Source: Thermoanaerobaculia bacterium (GTDB taxonomy: Bacteria; Acidobacteriota; Thermoanaerobaculia; UBA5066; Gp7-AA6). From it: a stretch of 64,000 nt of DNA. Made by a program: the position numbers and the translations under genes. The notes beneath the pieces were generated by a model. The model saw only the letters and a list, made by a program, of their open reading frames with translations. It was not told the origin of the DNA and searched no databases. Position 1 is the stretch's first letter. Each line of letters begins with the position of its first letter. Shown here one piece after another: positions 1-9,623 of the stretch. The DNA lies in NCBI GenBank assembly GCA_040879385.1, contig JBBDKM010000062.1:4707-68706 (forward strand), given 5' to 3'.

Positions 1-1300
1 CGCCCTCGGCCGCGGCCAGGTGGCCGATGGAATAGGACATCGGGACCTTGTCGATGACTTCCCAGGTGCCGAGCTTCCACTTCGCGATCGCGCTGTCGAC
101 GAAGAGCGAGGTGTAGCACTCGCCATTCAGGCCGAACTGCGTGTGGAGCGGACCCAGCCCCACCGGGACCTCGGCGTCCTTGACCGACTCGTACTTCAGG
201 ATCGGAATGCCGTCCTCGTCTCCCGTGAAGTCCTTGTTGCGGATCGCGGTCTGGATCTTCTCGAAGTTGAAGACGGTCGTCACGCCCTGGAGCTTGCCCG
301 AGCCGACGATGTATTTGCCGTCGGGTGAGACGTCGACGCCGTGCGGCGACTTGCCGCAGGGGATCAGGTAGACGAGGCCCGGGACTTTCTTCGGGTCGAT
401 GACCCGGACGCCGCCGATCAGGTCCCCCTTGCCCTCGGCGACGGCCTTCTCGACCGCCCGCCAGTCCACCGCCGCGATGTAGTCGCGGTCACGCTGCGAA
501 GCCGTGACCTCGAGCTTTCCGGTAGCGCGTTCGGAGTTGTAGCAGCTCCAGAACATCCATCCGTCCGAGGCCTTCTTGCCGGCGTCGCCCAGATCCCAGT
601 CGAATGGTGGCGTCATGATCTCCCAGCCGAGCGACATCTCGCCCGACCTCGGATCGATCTTGATACCGACGAGGACACCCTTGTATTTGGTGGCGTAGTC
701 TTCGATCCCGGCGGCCGTGCCTTTCGGAATCGGGATCGAAAAACGAGAGGCCATCATCGAGTACTCGGTGTTGGGCGTGACGAAGGCCGAGCCGTGGTTA
801 CCCGAGAGGTTGGCGATCGGGCCGAGGATCTGCTTGGTCTTGAAGTCGCGCAGATCCACCCGCGCGACACGGCCGTTCATGTCGTTGACGAAGAGCCAGC
901 GTCCGTCGTAGTCGCCGTTGGTCTCCGAAAGCGACGGATGATGGACATCGCCCCAGGTCAGGTTGCCGAGCATCGCCTTCGACTCGTCGTCGAAGCCGTA
1001 GCCGGTGGCCGGGTAGGGCGTGTAGACCGGGATCGTCGAGAGGTGCCGCATGGAAGGAATTCCGTACACGTAAACGTTTCCGGAGTGGCCTCCGGAAGCG
1101 AACATGTAGTACTCGTCGAGGTCTCCGGGCGCTACGTAGACCTTCCCGGCCGCGACGGCCATGTCGGATGCTCCGGCCGGGCCTCCCTTCTTCGCCCCGG
1201 CCTTGGGCGCGCTCGGCGCGCATCGGCCGGCGAGCGCGATCAGGATCGCGAAGACCGCGGCCGCGCCCAGGGTGATGAACTTCTTCGAGGGACTGCTCAT
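1..1300 (-). CDS. nosZ: Nitrous oxide reductase, clade II (Sec-type); 3' end beyond window edge
   Basis: Not in the ORF track. My translation from the ATG at 1300 (RBS GGAGG) gives MSSPSKKFITLG...VYVAPGDLDEYYMFASGGHSGNVYVYGIPSMRHLSTIPV...WGDVHHPSLSETNGDYDGRWLFVND, typical of clade II NosZ. No twin-arginine signal. Confidence 0.95.
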   Translation of the reverse strand, partial: MSSPSKKFITLGAAAVFAILIALAGRCAPSAPKAGAKKGGPAGASDMAVAAGKVYVAPGDLDEYYMFASGGHSGNVYVYGIPSMRHLSTIPVYTPYPATGYGFDDESKAMLGNLTWGDVHHPSLSETNGDYDGRWLFVNDMNGRVARVDLRDFKTKQILGPIANLSGNHGSAFVTPNTEYSMMASRFSIPIPKGTAAGIEDYATKYKGVLVGIKIDPRSGEMSLGWEIMTPPFDWDLGDAGKKASDGWMFWSCYNSERATGKLEVTASQRDRDYIAAVDWRAVEKAVAEGKGDLIGGVRVIDPKKVPGLVYLIPCGKSPHGVDVSPDGKYIVGSGKLQGVTTVFNFEKIQTAIRNKDFTGDEDGIPILKYESVKDAEVPVGLGPLHTQFGLNGECYTSLFVDSAIAKWKLGTWEVIDKVPMSYSIGHLAAAEG

Positions 1301-1311
1301 GGAATCCTCCT

Positions 1312-2550
1312 TCAATGTCCTCCGGCCTCACCGGCCGGCGTTATCGAACCTTGTGCCTTCTGCTTCTGGTGTTCGGCGAACGCCTCTCGCAGCTTCTGGA
1401 CGGCAATCGCCTTCTCCTGAGGGGACAGGATGATCTGGCGCGACAGAACGACGGCCATCGTTCCGGTGGGCTCGCGCAGGAAGTCGTCGACCGTCCGGCC
1501 GAAGCGGGCCTGCGTGTCCTCGACGGCCGTCGAGAGATCGGGGCCGATCTGCGCGGGGCTCTTGACGCCGAGCGCCTGCACGGAGTGGCACACGAAGCAC
1601 CCCGTCTTGACGAACCAGGCGCCCGGCCCCGTCTTCATGCGCTGTTCCTCGACGACCTCCTCGGGCGTCTGGGGATCCGTGCGCGGCAGCCCCGGGCGGT
1701 AGTCGGCGGGCACCGGCGCGCGGCGCCAGGAGAGGGCAAGCATGGAAAGCGCCTGAGCCTCCTTGGTCGTCAGGTGGAAGTTGGGCATGACCGTGTCGGG
1801 CACCAGCGCCCGGGGGTCCTTGAAATGCGCGACGTGCCAGGCAAAGGAGGTCTTCTGGCCGGAGAGACGGCCATACTCGTACTGTTCGGGCGCCTTGTCG
1901 CCGACCCGCGTGAGATCGGGGCCGATCGTTCCGCCGCGCCCGTTGATGACGTGGCAGGCCCGGCATCCCTTTTCCTTGACGAGGTTTTTGGCGAGGTTGA
2001 TCTGGTCGGCGCCCTTGGTCTCCCGGTCGTAACGGTGGCAGACGTTGCAGTTCATCTGCATCAAGGCCTTCTTGTCGGCCGCCAGGGAATAGGCTTCCCC
2101 GAGCGCGGCGCCGAGAACCGGCTCCTCCCAGTGCTCGACGGGGCCGTGGGCGGCCTCGACGTCGATCGCCCAGCCCTGGCCGCCGTGGCAGGAGGTGCAG
2201 CCGAATTCTTCGATCGGGTGGTTCTCGAGCGGCTCGGCCGGATGCGTCTTGAACGGGTTCTCGGCGTTCTCGAAGCCCTTCCAGAGGGAGGCCTGGTGGC
2301 ACGTGACGCAGCGGTCGGCCCGCCGCATCTCCGGGATCCAGATCTGCTGGACGCCGGCCGGGATGCCCTTCGCCTTCTCGGTTCCGAACTTCTCGGCGAC
2401 CTGGCTTTGGAACGCCCACTGGTAGTAGCGCCAGTCGTGCCTGCGGTCGCTCCAGGCGAAGAGCAGCGTCGAGACGACGAGCAGGACGCCGACGATCGCC
2501 AGAACCGGCCGGTCCTTCCTGGGAAACGGGGAGTCGGTTCGCTTTTCCAT
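1312..2550 (-). CDS. Membrane-anchored pentaheme cytochrome c (c subunit of Rieske/cyt b complex)
   Basis: N-terminal TM helix; CVTCH, CTSCH, CNVCH, CRACH, CFVCH; adjacent to cyt b and Rieske genes. Confidence 0.88.
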   Translation of the reverse strand: MEKRTDSPFPRKDRPVLAIVGVLLVVSTLLFAWSDRRHDWRYYQWAFQSQVAEKFGTEKAKGIPAGVQQIWIPEMRRADRCVTCHQASLWKGFENAENPFKTHPAEPLENHPIEEFGCTSCHGGQGWAIDVEAAHGPVEHWEEPVLGAALGEAYSLAADKKALMQMNCNVCHRYDRETKGADQINLAKNLVKEKGCRACHVINGRGGTIGPDLTRVGDKAPEQYEYGRLSGQKTSFAWHVAHFKDPRALVPDTVMPNFHLTTKEAQALSMLALSWRRAPVPADYRPGLPRTDPQTPEEVVEEQRMKTGPGAWFVKTGCFVCHSVQALGVKSPAQIGPDLSTAVEDTQARFGRTVDDFLREPTGTMAVVLSRQIILSPQEKAIAVQKLREAFAEHQKQKAQGSITPAGEAGGH

Positions 2551-2551
2551 T

Positions 2552-3889
2552 TCAGATCCTCGACGGCAGCTCGGGCCACGGCTGCCACGGCCAGTAGAAG
2601 TGCCAGTAGGGGCCGCGCAGGAAGGTGCCGATGATCGTCAGGGCGACAACCGCGGCGACGAGCAGCAGAAAGACGAGGTTCTGTTTCCGGCGGCTCCCGG
2701 CGAACCAGACGCCCGCCGCGCCGCCGGGGCTCTTGTCGAGCCACGGCCATGCGGTGAGGAGCGCCAGCAGGGCCGCCGGCAGCAGCACGCCGCCGAGAAA
2801 GGCGCCGTTGACGATGAAGGACCCGATGCGGATCGTCGTGTCCGTGACGATCTCCTGGAGCCAGAGGAAGTACCAGGGCGCCTTGGCCGGGTTGGGGGTG
2901 ATGAGCGGATTGGCCGGCTCCTCCAGAGGCGAGCGCACGAAGACCGCGAGGACTCCCACGAGCGCAATCGTGCCGAGCACCACGATGGCGGCCCTCCTGG
3001 TCAGGTCCGGGACGGAGTTGACCGTCGCGCCCTGCGCCTCGAGCGTGGAAGCGCGGACCTGCGGAGATGTCCCTCGCGCCACCCCGAGGAGCGTGTAGGT
3101 CTTGGTCTTCGACGCCGGGACTTCGGTCTTCTCGGAGGCGAGCCTGGCGGCGTCGGCCCTGGCGAGGCCGCCATCCTTGCGCATGCGCCACATGTGGTAC
3201 GCGAAGAGGAAGCCGATGATCATCGGGAGAAAGAGGACGTGGAGGACGTAGAAGCGGATCAAGGTCAACTGCTCGATCTCCCGGCCGCCGATCAGGAGCT
3301 CGCGGATGGCCGGGCCGACGAAGGGGACGGAAGAGGCAATGTTGGTGCCGACGGTGACGGCCCAGTAGGCGAGCTGATCCCACGGCAGAAGGTAACCGGT
3401 GAAGGAGAGGAAGAGCGTCAGGATGAGCATCGCGACGCCGATCACCCAGTTCCACTCGCGCTTCTGGTTCTGTCCCGTCCCGTTCTTGTAGGCGCCGGTC
3501 AGAAACACGCGCACCAGATGGAGAAACACCGCGGCGACCATCAGGTGCGCCGAGACCCGGTGCACCGCGCGGATCCAGGACCCGAACGTGATGACGTACT
3601 CGATGTCCTTGACCGAGGCGTAGGCGCGCTCGACCGACGGGATGTAAAGGAAGAGCAGCGGCAGCCCCGAGACGACGAGGAGCAAGAGGAGAGCCGCCGA
3701 GGCCGTCCCGAGCCAGAAGGAGTAACTCCAGGAGAGCGAAGCCTTGTAGCTCTTGGCCGGGAACCAGTGCAGCAGGAAGTTCGACACGATCGCGTCGCCC
3801 GCCTGGCGGTCGGAGGCCGGGCGGAAGCTCCACCAGCGTGTCGGGTGAACTCCCGGGGCAGACGGTTTCGGTTCGCGTCCCGTGATCAT
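2552..3889 (-). CDS. Cytochrome b of a Rieske/cytochrome b complex (fused b6 + subunit IV type)
   Basis: IRAVHRVSAHLMV and FTGYLLPWDQLAYWAVTVG motifs, RFYVLH, PAKAPWYF (PEWY-equivalent). Confidence 0.93.
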   Translation of the reverse strand: MITGREPKPSAPGVHPTRWWSFRPASDRQAGDAIVSNFLLHWFPAKSYKASLSWSYSFWLGTASAALLLLLVVSGLPLLFLYIPSVERAYASVKDIEYVITFGSWIRAVHRVSAHLMVAAVFLHLVRVFLTGAYKNGTGQNQKREWNWVIGVAMLILTLFLSFTGYLLPWDQLAYWAVTVGTNIASSVPFVGPAIRELLIGGREIEQLTLIRFYVLHVLFLPMIIGFLFAYHMWRMRKDGGLARADAARLASEKTEVPASKTKTYTLLGVARGTSPQVRASTLEAQGATVNSVPDLTRRAAIVVLGTIALVGVLAVFVRSPLEEPANPLITPNPAKAPWYFLWLQEIVTDTTIRIGSFIVNGAFLGGVLLPAALLALLTAWPWLDKSPGGAAGVWFAGSRRKQNLVFLLLVAAVVALTIIGTFLRGPYWHFYWPWQPWPELPSRI

Positions 3890-3899
3890 GCAATCCCCC

Positions 3900-4400
3900 T
3901 CAAGCCACAGTCAGCCGGAAGTCGCGCTCGACGGGGCGCGCCAGGTCGACGACGAGCTGGCCGTCCTCGGGCGAGAACGAGAGGTGATACCAGGCAAGCG
4001 GCTTGGGGGCCGGCCCCGATACGTTCGTGCCGTCGCCGTTGTACTTCGAACCGTGGCACGGGCAGAGAAACCGGTGGGTGAGCCGCAACGGCTTGCCGTC
4101 GGCGGCCGTCGTTTCGATCTGGGAGAGAGCTTCTGCGCGCACCGTGCAGCCCAGATGGGTGCACACGGCTGAGACCGCGTGAAACGTGTTTCCATCTCGA
4201 AACACGTAGAGTCGCTCGTCGGGAAGAAACTTCAAGCCGTCCGGGAAGTCGTTCGGCATCCCGAGCTTGACCGTCGTCGGCGCGTCATAAGAGACGTTCG
4301 GAACGAGGGACCGCATCGAGGCGACCGTCTGAGCGCCCAGCGCCGCGACACCGCTTCCGATCCCGAGCTTGAGGAGGAATTCCCGCCGGTTCCTGGCCAT
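3900..4400 (-). CDS. Rieske [2Fe-2S] protein with Tat signal
   Basis: MARNRREFL Tat motif; CTHLGC and CPCHGS boxes; start reassigned to the ATG at 4400. Confidence 0.93.
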   Translation of the reverse strand: MARNRREFLLKLGIGSGVAALGAQTVASMRSLVPNVSYDAPTTVKLGMPNDFPDGLKFLPDERLYVFRDGNTFHAVSAVCTHLGCTVRAEALSQIETTAADGKPLRLTHRFLCPCHGSKYNGDGTNVSGPAPKPLAWYHLSFSPEDGQLVVDLARPVERDFRLTVA

Positions 4401-4414
4401 CGCGTCTGACTCCC

Positions 4415-6358
4415 TTACCTCGCCGCCGCGGCGAATCGTTCGGTGATCGAAAACCGCTCCATCGTCATGGCGTCCGTCGGACAGCGGATCGCGCAGAGCC
4501 CGCAGCGGATGCAGCGGGCGTCGTCCTTGACCATCGCCGAGAGCGGCAGGCCATCGCCCTCGGCCCGCGCCGCCAGGGCGGCGCGCTCCGCCTCGGGGAG
4601 CTCCAGCTCCTCGAAAGGGACGAGCGCGAGACAGTACTCGGGACAGATGTCCACGCATCGGTTGCAGAGCACGCACTTTTCGGGGTCGTAGATCGTCTGG
4701 ACATGGCAGATCAGGCAGCGCGCCGCTTGGCGGCGGGCTTCGGCGTCTTCGTAGCCCGTCTCGACCTCGGCGATCCCGGTGCGCCGTCCGACGTCGAGCG
4801 TCGGAGGGGCCTCACGGTCGAGGACTTCGAAGCCGGCGATCATGCGGTAGTCGGCCGTCGGGAGCTTCTCGATCTCGAGGTGAGCCTCGAGGCGCGCGGC
4901 CTCGCGCGAGAGAAACTCGTGGATGGAGCGGGCCGCGCGCTTCCCGTTGGCGACGGCCTCGATCAGATTGCGCGGGCCGAAGGCCACGTCACCGCCGGCA
5001 AAGACGCCCGGAGCCGACGTGGCCAGGGTGACGGGATCGACCTGGATCGTGCCGCCGGGTTTCAAAGCCACGCGGTCGGCTTCCTCGAGGAACGAGAGAT
5101 CCGGCTGCTGGCCAATCGCGAGGATGCAGGCGTCCGCCGGGATCGTGGTGAGATCGGCCTCGTCGTAGCTCGGAGCGAAGCGGCCGTTTTCGTCGAAGAC
5201 CGAGACGACGCGCCGCAGCTCGACGGCCTCGAGCTTCCCGTTGCCGAGAAATCGATTGGGGCCGCGTCGCGGGACGAACACGACTCCCTCCTTCTTCGCC
5301 TCCTCGAACTCCTCGTGCCCCTGGGTGGTCCGCAGCACGGGCATCTCCCCGAAGCTCTCGAGCGAGACGATCGTGACCTCGGCGGCGCCTCCGCGGATCG
5401 CCACCCGCGCCGAGTCGAGCGCTTCCTTCATGCGCGCGTCTTCTTCGGCGGAGGCGGCGAGGCGGTCCGCGTCCCCCTCGCGCCCAACGCGCAGGGCGGT
5501 TCGCGCGGCGTCGAAGGCGACGAAGCCGCCGCCGATGACGACGACCCGCCGTCCGAGGTCCACGCGGTAGCCGCGGTTGACGTTGAGGAGGTAGTCGATG
5601 GCTTTGACGACGCCGTCCTTCTCCACGCCTGGCACCTGCAGATCACGGCCTCGCGAAACTCCGACCGACAGGAAGACCGACTCGAAGCCCTGCCGGCGGA
5701 GCTCGGCCAGGCCAAAGCTCTCCGACAGCGGCGTCTTCAGCCTCAGCGTCACTCCGAGCGAGAGGATCTTGTCGATCTCGGCCTGGATGAGTGAGCGGGG
5801 AAGCCGGTACTCGGGGATCCCGAAGCGCATCATGCCGCCCGGCTCCTCGGAGGCCTCGAAGACCGTGACCTGGTAGCCAAGGAGCGCCAGGTCGTGCGCT
5901 GCGGAAAGGCCGGCGGGGCCCGAACCGATGACGGCGACCTTCCGCTTCGCGAGGAGCCCCGCCGGCGCAGACGCGGTGCGAGAAAGCGGGTAGACCGGCA
6001 GATGTCCGGCGTAGCGGTTTCCCTCGGTGACGAGCCGCTCGCGCAGGACGTCCTGCGTCGCCGGCCGCACGGACTCGGCGCCGTACTTTTCAGTCACGAA
6101 GCGCTTCAAGGCGCGAATCGTGATCGGCGCGTCGATCGAGCCGCGGCGACACGCGTCCTCGCAGGGCGCGGCGCAAACGCGTCCGCAGACCGAAGCGAAG
6201 GGGTTGGGAGCGCGGGCCACGAGGAAGGCCTCCTCGTCCCGCCCCTCGGCGATGAGCTGGACGTATCGACCCGCGTCGGTTGCGACCGGGCAGCCCATCT
6301 GGCACTTGACCTGGGCCTTCCAGTGCGCGAGGTCGGGCAGACGTGTGGGGATCGGCAT
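4415..6358 (-). CDS. GltD/NfnB-like NAD(P)-dependent FAD oxidoreductase with C-terminal 2x[4Fe-4S] domain
   Basis: CQMGCP...CGRVCAAPCEDAC Fe-S domain; GSGPAG and IGGG Rossmann motifs; C-terminal CVLCNRCVDICP and CIRCGLCAIRCP; start MPIPTRLP at 6358. Confidence 0.9.
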   Translation of the reverse strand: MPIPTRLPDLAHWKAQVKCQMGCPVATDAGRYVQLIAEGRDEEAFLVARAPNPFASVCGRVCAAPCEDACRRGSIDAPITIRALKRFVTEKYGAESVRPATQDVLRERLVTEGNRYAGHLPVYPLSRTASAPAGLLAKRKVAVIGSGPAGLSAAHDLALLGYQVTVFEASEEPGGMMRFGIPEYRLPRSLIQAEIDKILSLGVTLRLKTPLSESFGLAELRRQGFESVFLSVGVSRGRDLQVPGVEKDGVVKAIDYLLNVNRGYRVDLGRRVVVIGGGFVAFDAARTALRVGREGDADRLAASAEEDARMKEALDSARVAIRGGAAEVTIVSLESFGEMPVLRTTQGHEEFEEAKKEGVVFVPRRGPNRFLGNGKLEAVELRRVVSVFDENGRFAPSYDEADLTTIPADACILAIGQQPDLSFLEEADRVALKPGGTIQVDPVTLATSAPGVFAGGDVAFGPRNLIEAVANGKRAARSIHEFLSREAARLEAHLEIEKLPTADYRMIAGFEVLDREAPPTLDVGRRTGIAEVETGYEDAEARRQAARCLICHVQTIYDPEKCVLCNRCVDICPEYCLALVPFEELELPEAERAALAARAEGDGLPLSAMVKDDARCIRCGLCAIRCPTDAMTMERFSITERFAAAAR

Positions 6359-6360
6359 TC

Positions 6361-6597
6361 TCAGTCCAGGCGGACGAGGTCCCCGGCGCCCGCGCGGTCG
6401 GCCGCCCGTCGGGTCTCCTCGGTGCGGAAGCGGTAGTGCCCGCCGGGCGTCCGGACCGCCTTCAGCGCTCCCGTTCGCGCCCAGCGGGTCACCGTGGAAG
6501 CCGAAACTCCGAAGAGCCGGGCGACCTCGGTGCGGGAGAGAAACTCGGGCCCGATCGAAACCCGTGATGGATCGCTCGTTCTTCCGCGTGCGGTCAT
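6361..6597 (-). CDS. BldC/excisionase-like MerR-type HTH DNA-binding protein
   Basis: FLSRTEVARLFGVSASTVTRWARTGALKAVRTPGGHYRF matches the BldC-family pattern. Confidence 0.85.
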   Translation of the reverse strand: MTARGRTSDPSRVSIGPEFLSRTEVARLFGVSASTVTRWARTGALKAVRTPGGHYRFRTEETRRAADRAGAGDLVRLD

Positions 6598-6640
6598 GGC
6601 TATCTACCCCCAAAAATCTCCCGGCGCGACAGCCGGACCT

Positions 6641-6818
6641 ATGACGCAGGTCATGCGCTCGATCGTTTTGCTCGGTTTCGTCTTCTTGAGCGTTTTGCGC
6701 CGTGCCGCGACTCTTTTAGCGCCCTGCAAGCGGTCGGACCTGATGCGAACGAATCAAATTTGCGGTCTTGTCGCCTGAGTGATTTGCGTCATGCGCGATG
6801 AGGAGACGGACCGGTAGC
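6641..6818. repeat. Repeated ~170-bp promoter module, copy 1 (others at ~10639-10809 and 13607-13786)
   Basis: Near-identical to 10650-10808 and similar to 13607-13760. Contains ATGACGCAGGTCAT (6641-6654), TGATGCGAACGAATCA (6741-6756) and GTGATTTGCGTCAT (6779-6792). Confidence 0.9.
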
Positions 6819-7217
6819 GAGCCAATCGAGGCGACCAAGCGGGGCACCGACCGGATCGTCGCGGGGGGAGCGTTTCCGACGGTCTGCATCTTCCGGCCGA
6901 CGATCGGCGGTGAGCTCGAAAGCGCGCCGCCTCCCGATCCGGGCGCGATGCGGGAAGTGTTCGCCCACCTCTACGAGGCGTGCCGCGAGGCGGGGCTTCC
7001 CATCGGCATTCTTCCAATCGAGGTTTCTCTGGTGGTCCACCCGGAAGAGGCGGCGGGCCTCGTCCGGCCGAGCCTCGCATCACGAATCTACGAGTGGAAC
7101 CTCGCGGTGCTGCGCACGCTTACCCGGCCATGCGTGGCTTGGAAGTTGATGCCCTGCGGGAGCACGCTCTCGGCCGAGGTTCTCCGCTCCCGGCTCGGAA
7201 CATCTGTGTCCCGAGTT
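6819..7217 (+). pseudogene. Truncated third copy of the radical SAM gene (3' third only)
   Basis: EPIEATKRGTDRIVAGGAFPTVCIFRPTIG...VAWKLMP matches the C-terminus of 10817..12088. The 5' part is deleted directly after the promoter and the stop is mutated (TGA to CGA). Confidence 0.9.
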
Positions 7218-7250
7218 AGAGCCAGACGCGGCGGCTCCGACCTCTCTTCC

Positions 7251-9611
7251 TCAGAAGACGTAACTCAGATACACCGTCCCGACGTTGACGGTGTAGGAGC
7301 CGTAGGTTGCGTCGAGGTAGTACGCGCGCCGCACGTCCACCAGGTCTTGCGGCACTCGGTCGAACATGTAGGGAACCATGACGTCGGTCATGAAGTCCGA
7401 GAGCTGGAAGTTCTCGTACCAGTAACGGACCCCGACCGTGAGCGCCTTCGTGACCGCGTACGAGAGCTTGACCCGCAGCGTGTAAAGATTGTCGGTGATC
7501 TCCGGCCAGGGGTAAGCGATCGCGGTGAAGAGTTTGGTGGGCAACCCGTTCGGGTTGCTCGCGTCGAAGTTTGCATGGCCCTGAGTCGCCGAATACCGGA
7601 GGTCGTAGTGGAAGCCGTTTCCGAAGTCCCCGAACATGTTGACACCGTACGCGTTGATGACGTTGGCGGTATTGTCGTTCCAGGCGTTGGAGGGCAGCCA
7701 GTTCGTCCCGCCGATGTTGTCGTCCTTGGCGATCGACTTCATGAACTCGTCGAGGGACTCCCGCGCCCAGAAGGCGCCGATGCCGAAGACCGGCAGCGGG
7801 GCAAACGTCACATCCAGACCGCCGGAGAGGTACTCGTTGCTCTGCAGCCCGTAGGGCGACTCGGGGAAGTCGGTTTGAACGTACGAGACGTTGCCGCCCA
7901 GGGTCAGCGAAGGCAGCGGCGACCACGTGAACTGAGCGTCGTAGGTGTCCTGGACGCGGGCCGCGACGTCGAAGTCGCGCAGAAGCGCGAACTCGAGGCC
8001 CGGATCGTAGATCGAGGCGTCCCGGGAGGTGTATGCGTAGGAAACGCGGGCGAACAAACTCCGGGCCATGCGCAAACGTGCCCCGATCGTCCAGATGTCC
8101 TCGTGGTTCTCGTTCACGGTCCGATGCGTGCGATCCCAGTCGTTCGACGCGTAGGAGGCGTCGATGTCGAGAATCGGAAGCGGCCGCACGATGGCCTCCA
8201 GACCCCAGCGCGTGCGCGTGTAGTCCTTGGGGACGTTTTCGATCGGCTCGCCCTCGATGTTCGTCCTCCAGCTCGACTCCGATCCGGCCGCGTAGCCGGG
8301 GAAGAGGATCTCGCGGCTCTCGTCGTCGTAGTCGTAGCGGCGGAAGCGCGCCGTCGCCGTGACGAAGTCGACTGGCCGCGAGCTGAGGACGACGTTCTGC
8401 GAGTTGATGCTGACCTTGCCGTCGAGACTCGAGACAGGCAGGTTGGCCGGGTTCGTCACGTCGAAGCCTGCCGGCACGGAGATCGCCGAATTCAGGGTGT
8501 AGGGAGCGAAAGCCTCGTTCTGCTCCCAGTTCGACCACGAGAAGCTCCCCGAGAGGCTCGTGCGAAGGGGCAGCCGGACCGCTCCGGAGAAAGTGAACTC
8601 CTCCGTCTGGTTGTCGGGCGGAAGAGGCGAGATTCCCTCCGCGAAGCGCTGACGGAAGGCCGTGGAGGCGAGGTTCGTGATGCGGAACGGATTGTCGAAC
8701 ACCAGGTACGGCACGTCGTTGTCGAACGTGGAGAGATCGGCTCTGCCCTCGACCACGAAGGACGGTCCCGAGAAGTCCATCGAAACGCCGTAAAGCTTGG
8801 TCGAATAGCTGACCGGTTCGGGCATCTCCAGGTCCGGCGTCCGGAAGTAGTCTCCGGTGTGGGCGGTGCCCGAGCCGCCGATCGCCTGCCGGTCGTAACT
8901 TCCCGCCGAGGTGACTTTCGTGCCGTCGCGCTGCTCGTCGCTGAAATAGCCCCCAAGGTTCCAGTTCGGCAGGATCGCGATGTTGGCCGCACCCCCACCG
9001 GTGTTGCGCTGGACGTCCAGCACGGTTTCGGGGAATGTGCTCGCGTAGAGGAAGCCGAGCGGCGGAATCAGCGGGTTGTCCGCGCCGGCCTGGCCGTTCG
9101 AGGTGTCGTCGAGCGCCTCGAAGGCGGCCTGCACCGGATCCGGTACACGCAATTCGCCTGGGGCTGGCGAAGAGAACGCGGGCCGGGCGTGAACGGAATA
9201 GAGATGCGGCGTCTGGTCGTAGAAACCGATTGCGGACACGGGCCCCAGGCGCGCCTTGAGCGTGTAGCGCGCGTCGATTCGGCCGACGTTCCAGGCGCGC
9301 GCGTCAAACATCCGGCTGCCGTCGGCGTTGGTGTCGGCAAAACGAAGCGAGTCGACGAAGCCGCCCGACGGAACGGTCCGGTACTCCTCGAACTTGGCGC
9401 TGTCGCCATCGACGTCGACGAACTGGAAGCCTCCCAAGATGCCGTTGTTGTCGAACGTGAAGGTATCAACCTGCCAGGGCGAGGGCGTCTGAACGGGCTC
9501 AGGCGTCGTCGGCTCAGGCTCTGTCGCTTCCTGCGCGGCCAGAGGGCCACCGAACGGGATGAGCGCGGCGAGGGAAACCAGGCCGACCAGGCGGAAGATG
9601 TTCTTTTTCAT
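7251..9611 (-). CDS. MtrB/PioB-family outer-membrane beta-barrel
   Basis: Signal peptide, DSAKFEEYR and PPDNQ motifs, alternating beta-strand pattern, terminal Phe; directly downstream of a decaheme gene. Confidence 0.9.
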   Translation of the reverse strand: MKKNIFRLVGLVSLAALIPFGGPLAAQEATEPEPTTPEPVQTPSPWQVDTFTFDNNGILGGFQFVDVDGDSAKFEEYRTVPSGGFVDSLRFADTNADGSRMFDARAWNVGRIDARYTLKARLGPVSAIGFYDQTPHLYSVHARPAFSSPAPGELRVPDPVQAAFEALDDTSNGQAGADNPLIPPLGFLYASTFPETVLDVQRNTGGGAANIAILPNWNLGGYFSDEQRDGTKVTSAGSYDRQAIGGSGTAHTGDYFRTPDLEMPEPVSYSTKLYGVSMDFSGPSFVVEGRADLSTFDNDVPYLVFDNPFRITNLASTAFRQRFAEGISPLPPDNQTEEFTFSGAVRLPLRTSLSGSFSWSNWEQNEAFAPYTLNSAISVPAGFDVTNPANLPVSSLDGKVSINSQNVVLSSRPVDFVTATARFRRYDYDDESREILFPGYAAGSESSWRTNIEGEPIENVPKDYTRTRWGLEAIVRPLPILDIDASYASNDWDRTHRTVNENHEDIWTIGARLRMARSLFARVSYAYTSRDASIYDPGLEFALLRDFDVAARVQDTYDAQFTWSPLPSLTLGGNVSYVQTDFPESPYGLQSNEYLSGGLDVTFAPLPVFGIGAFWARESLDEFMKSIAKDDNIGGTNWLPSNAWNDNTANVINAYGVNMFGDFGNGFHYDLRYSATQGHANFDASNPNGLPTKLFTAIAYPWPEITDNLYTLRVKLSYAVTKALTVGVRYWYENFQLSDFMTDVMVPYMFDRVPQDLVDVRRAYYLDATYGSYTVNVGTVYLSYVF

Positions 9612-9623
9612 GGCTTCCTCCCG

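Noticed and set aside
6361-6597. Prophage or ICE excisionase
   Set aside because: No integrase, att-like site or phage genes were seen; the gene is operonic with respiratory genes.
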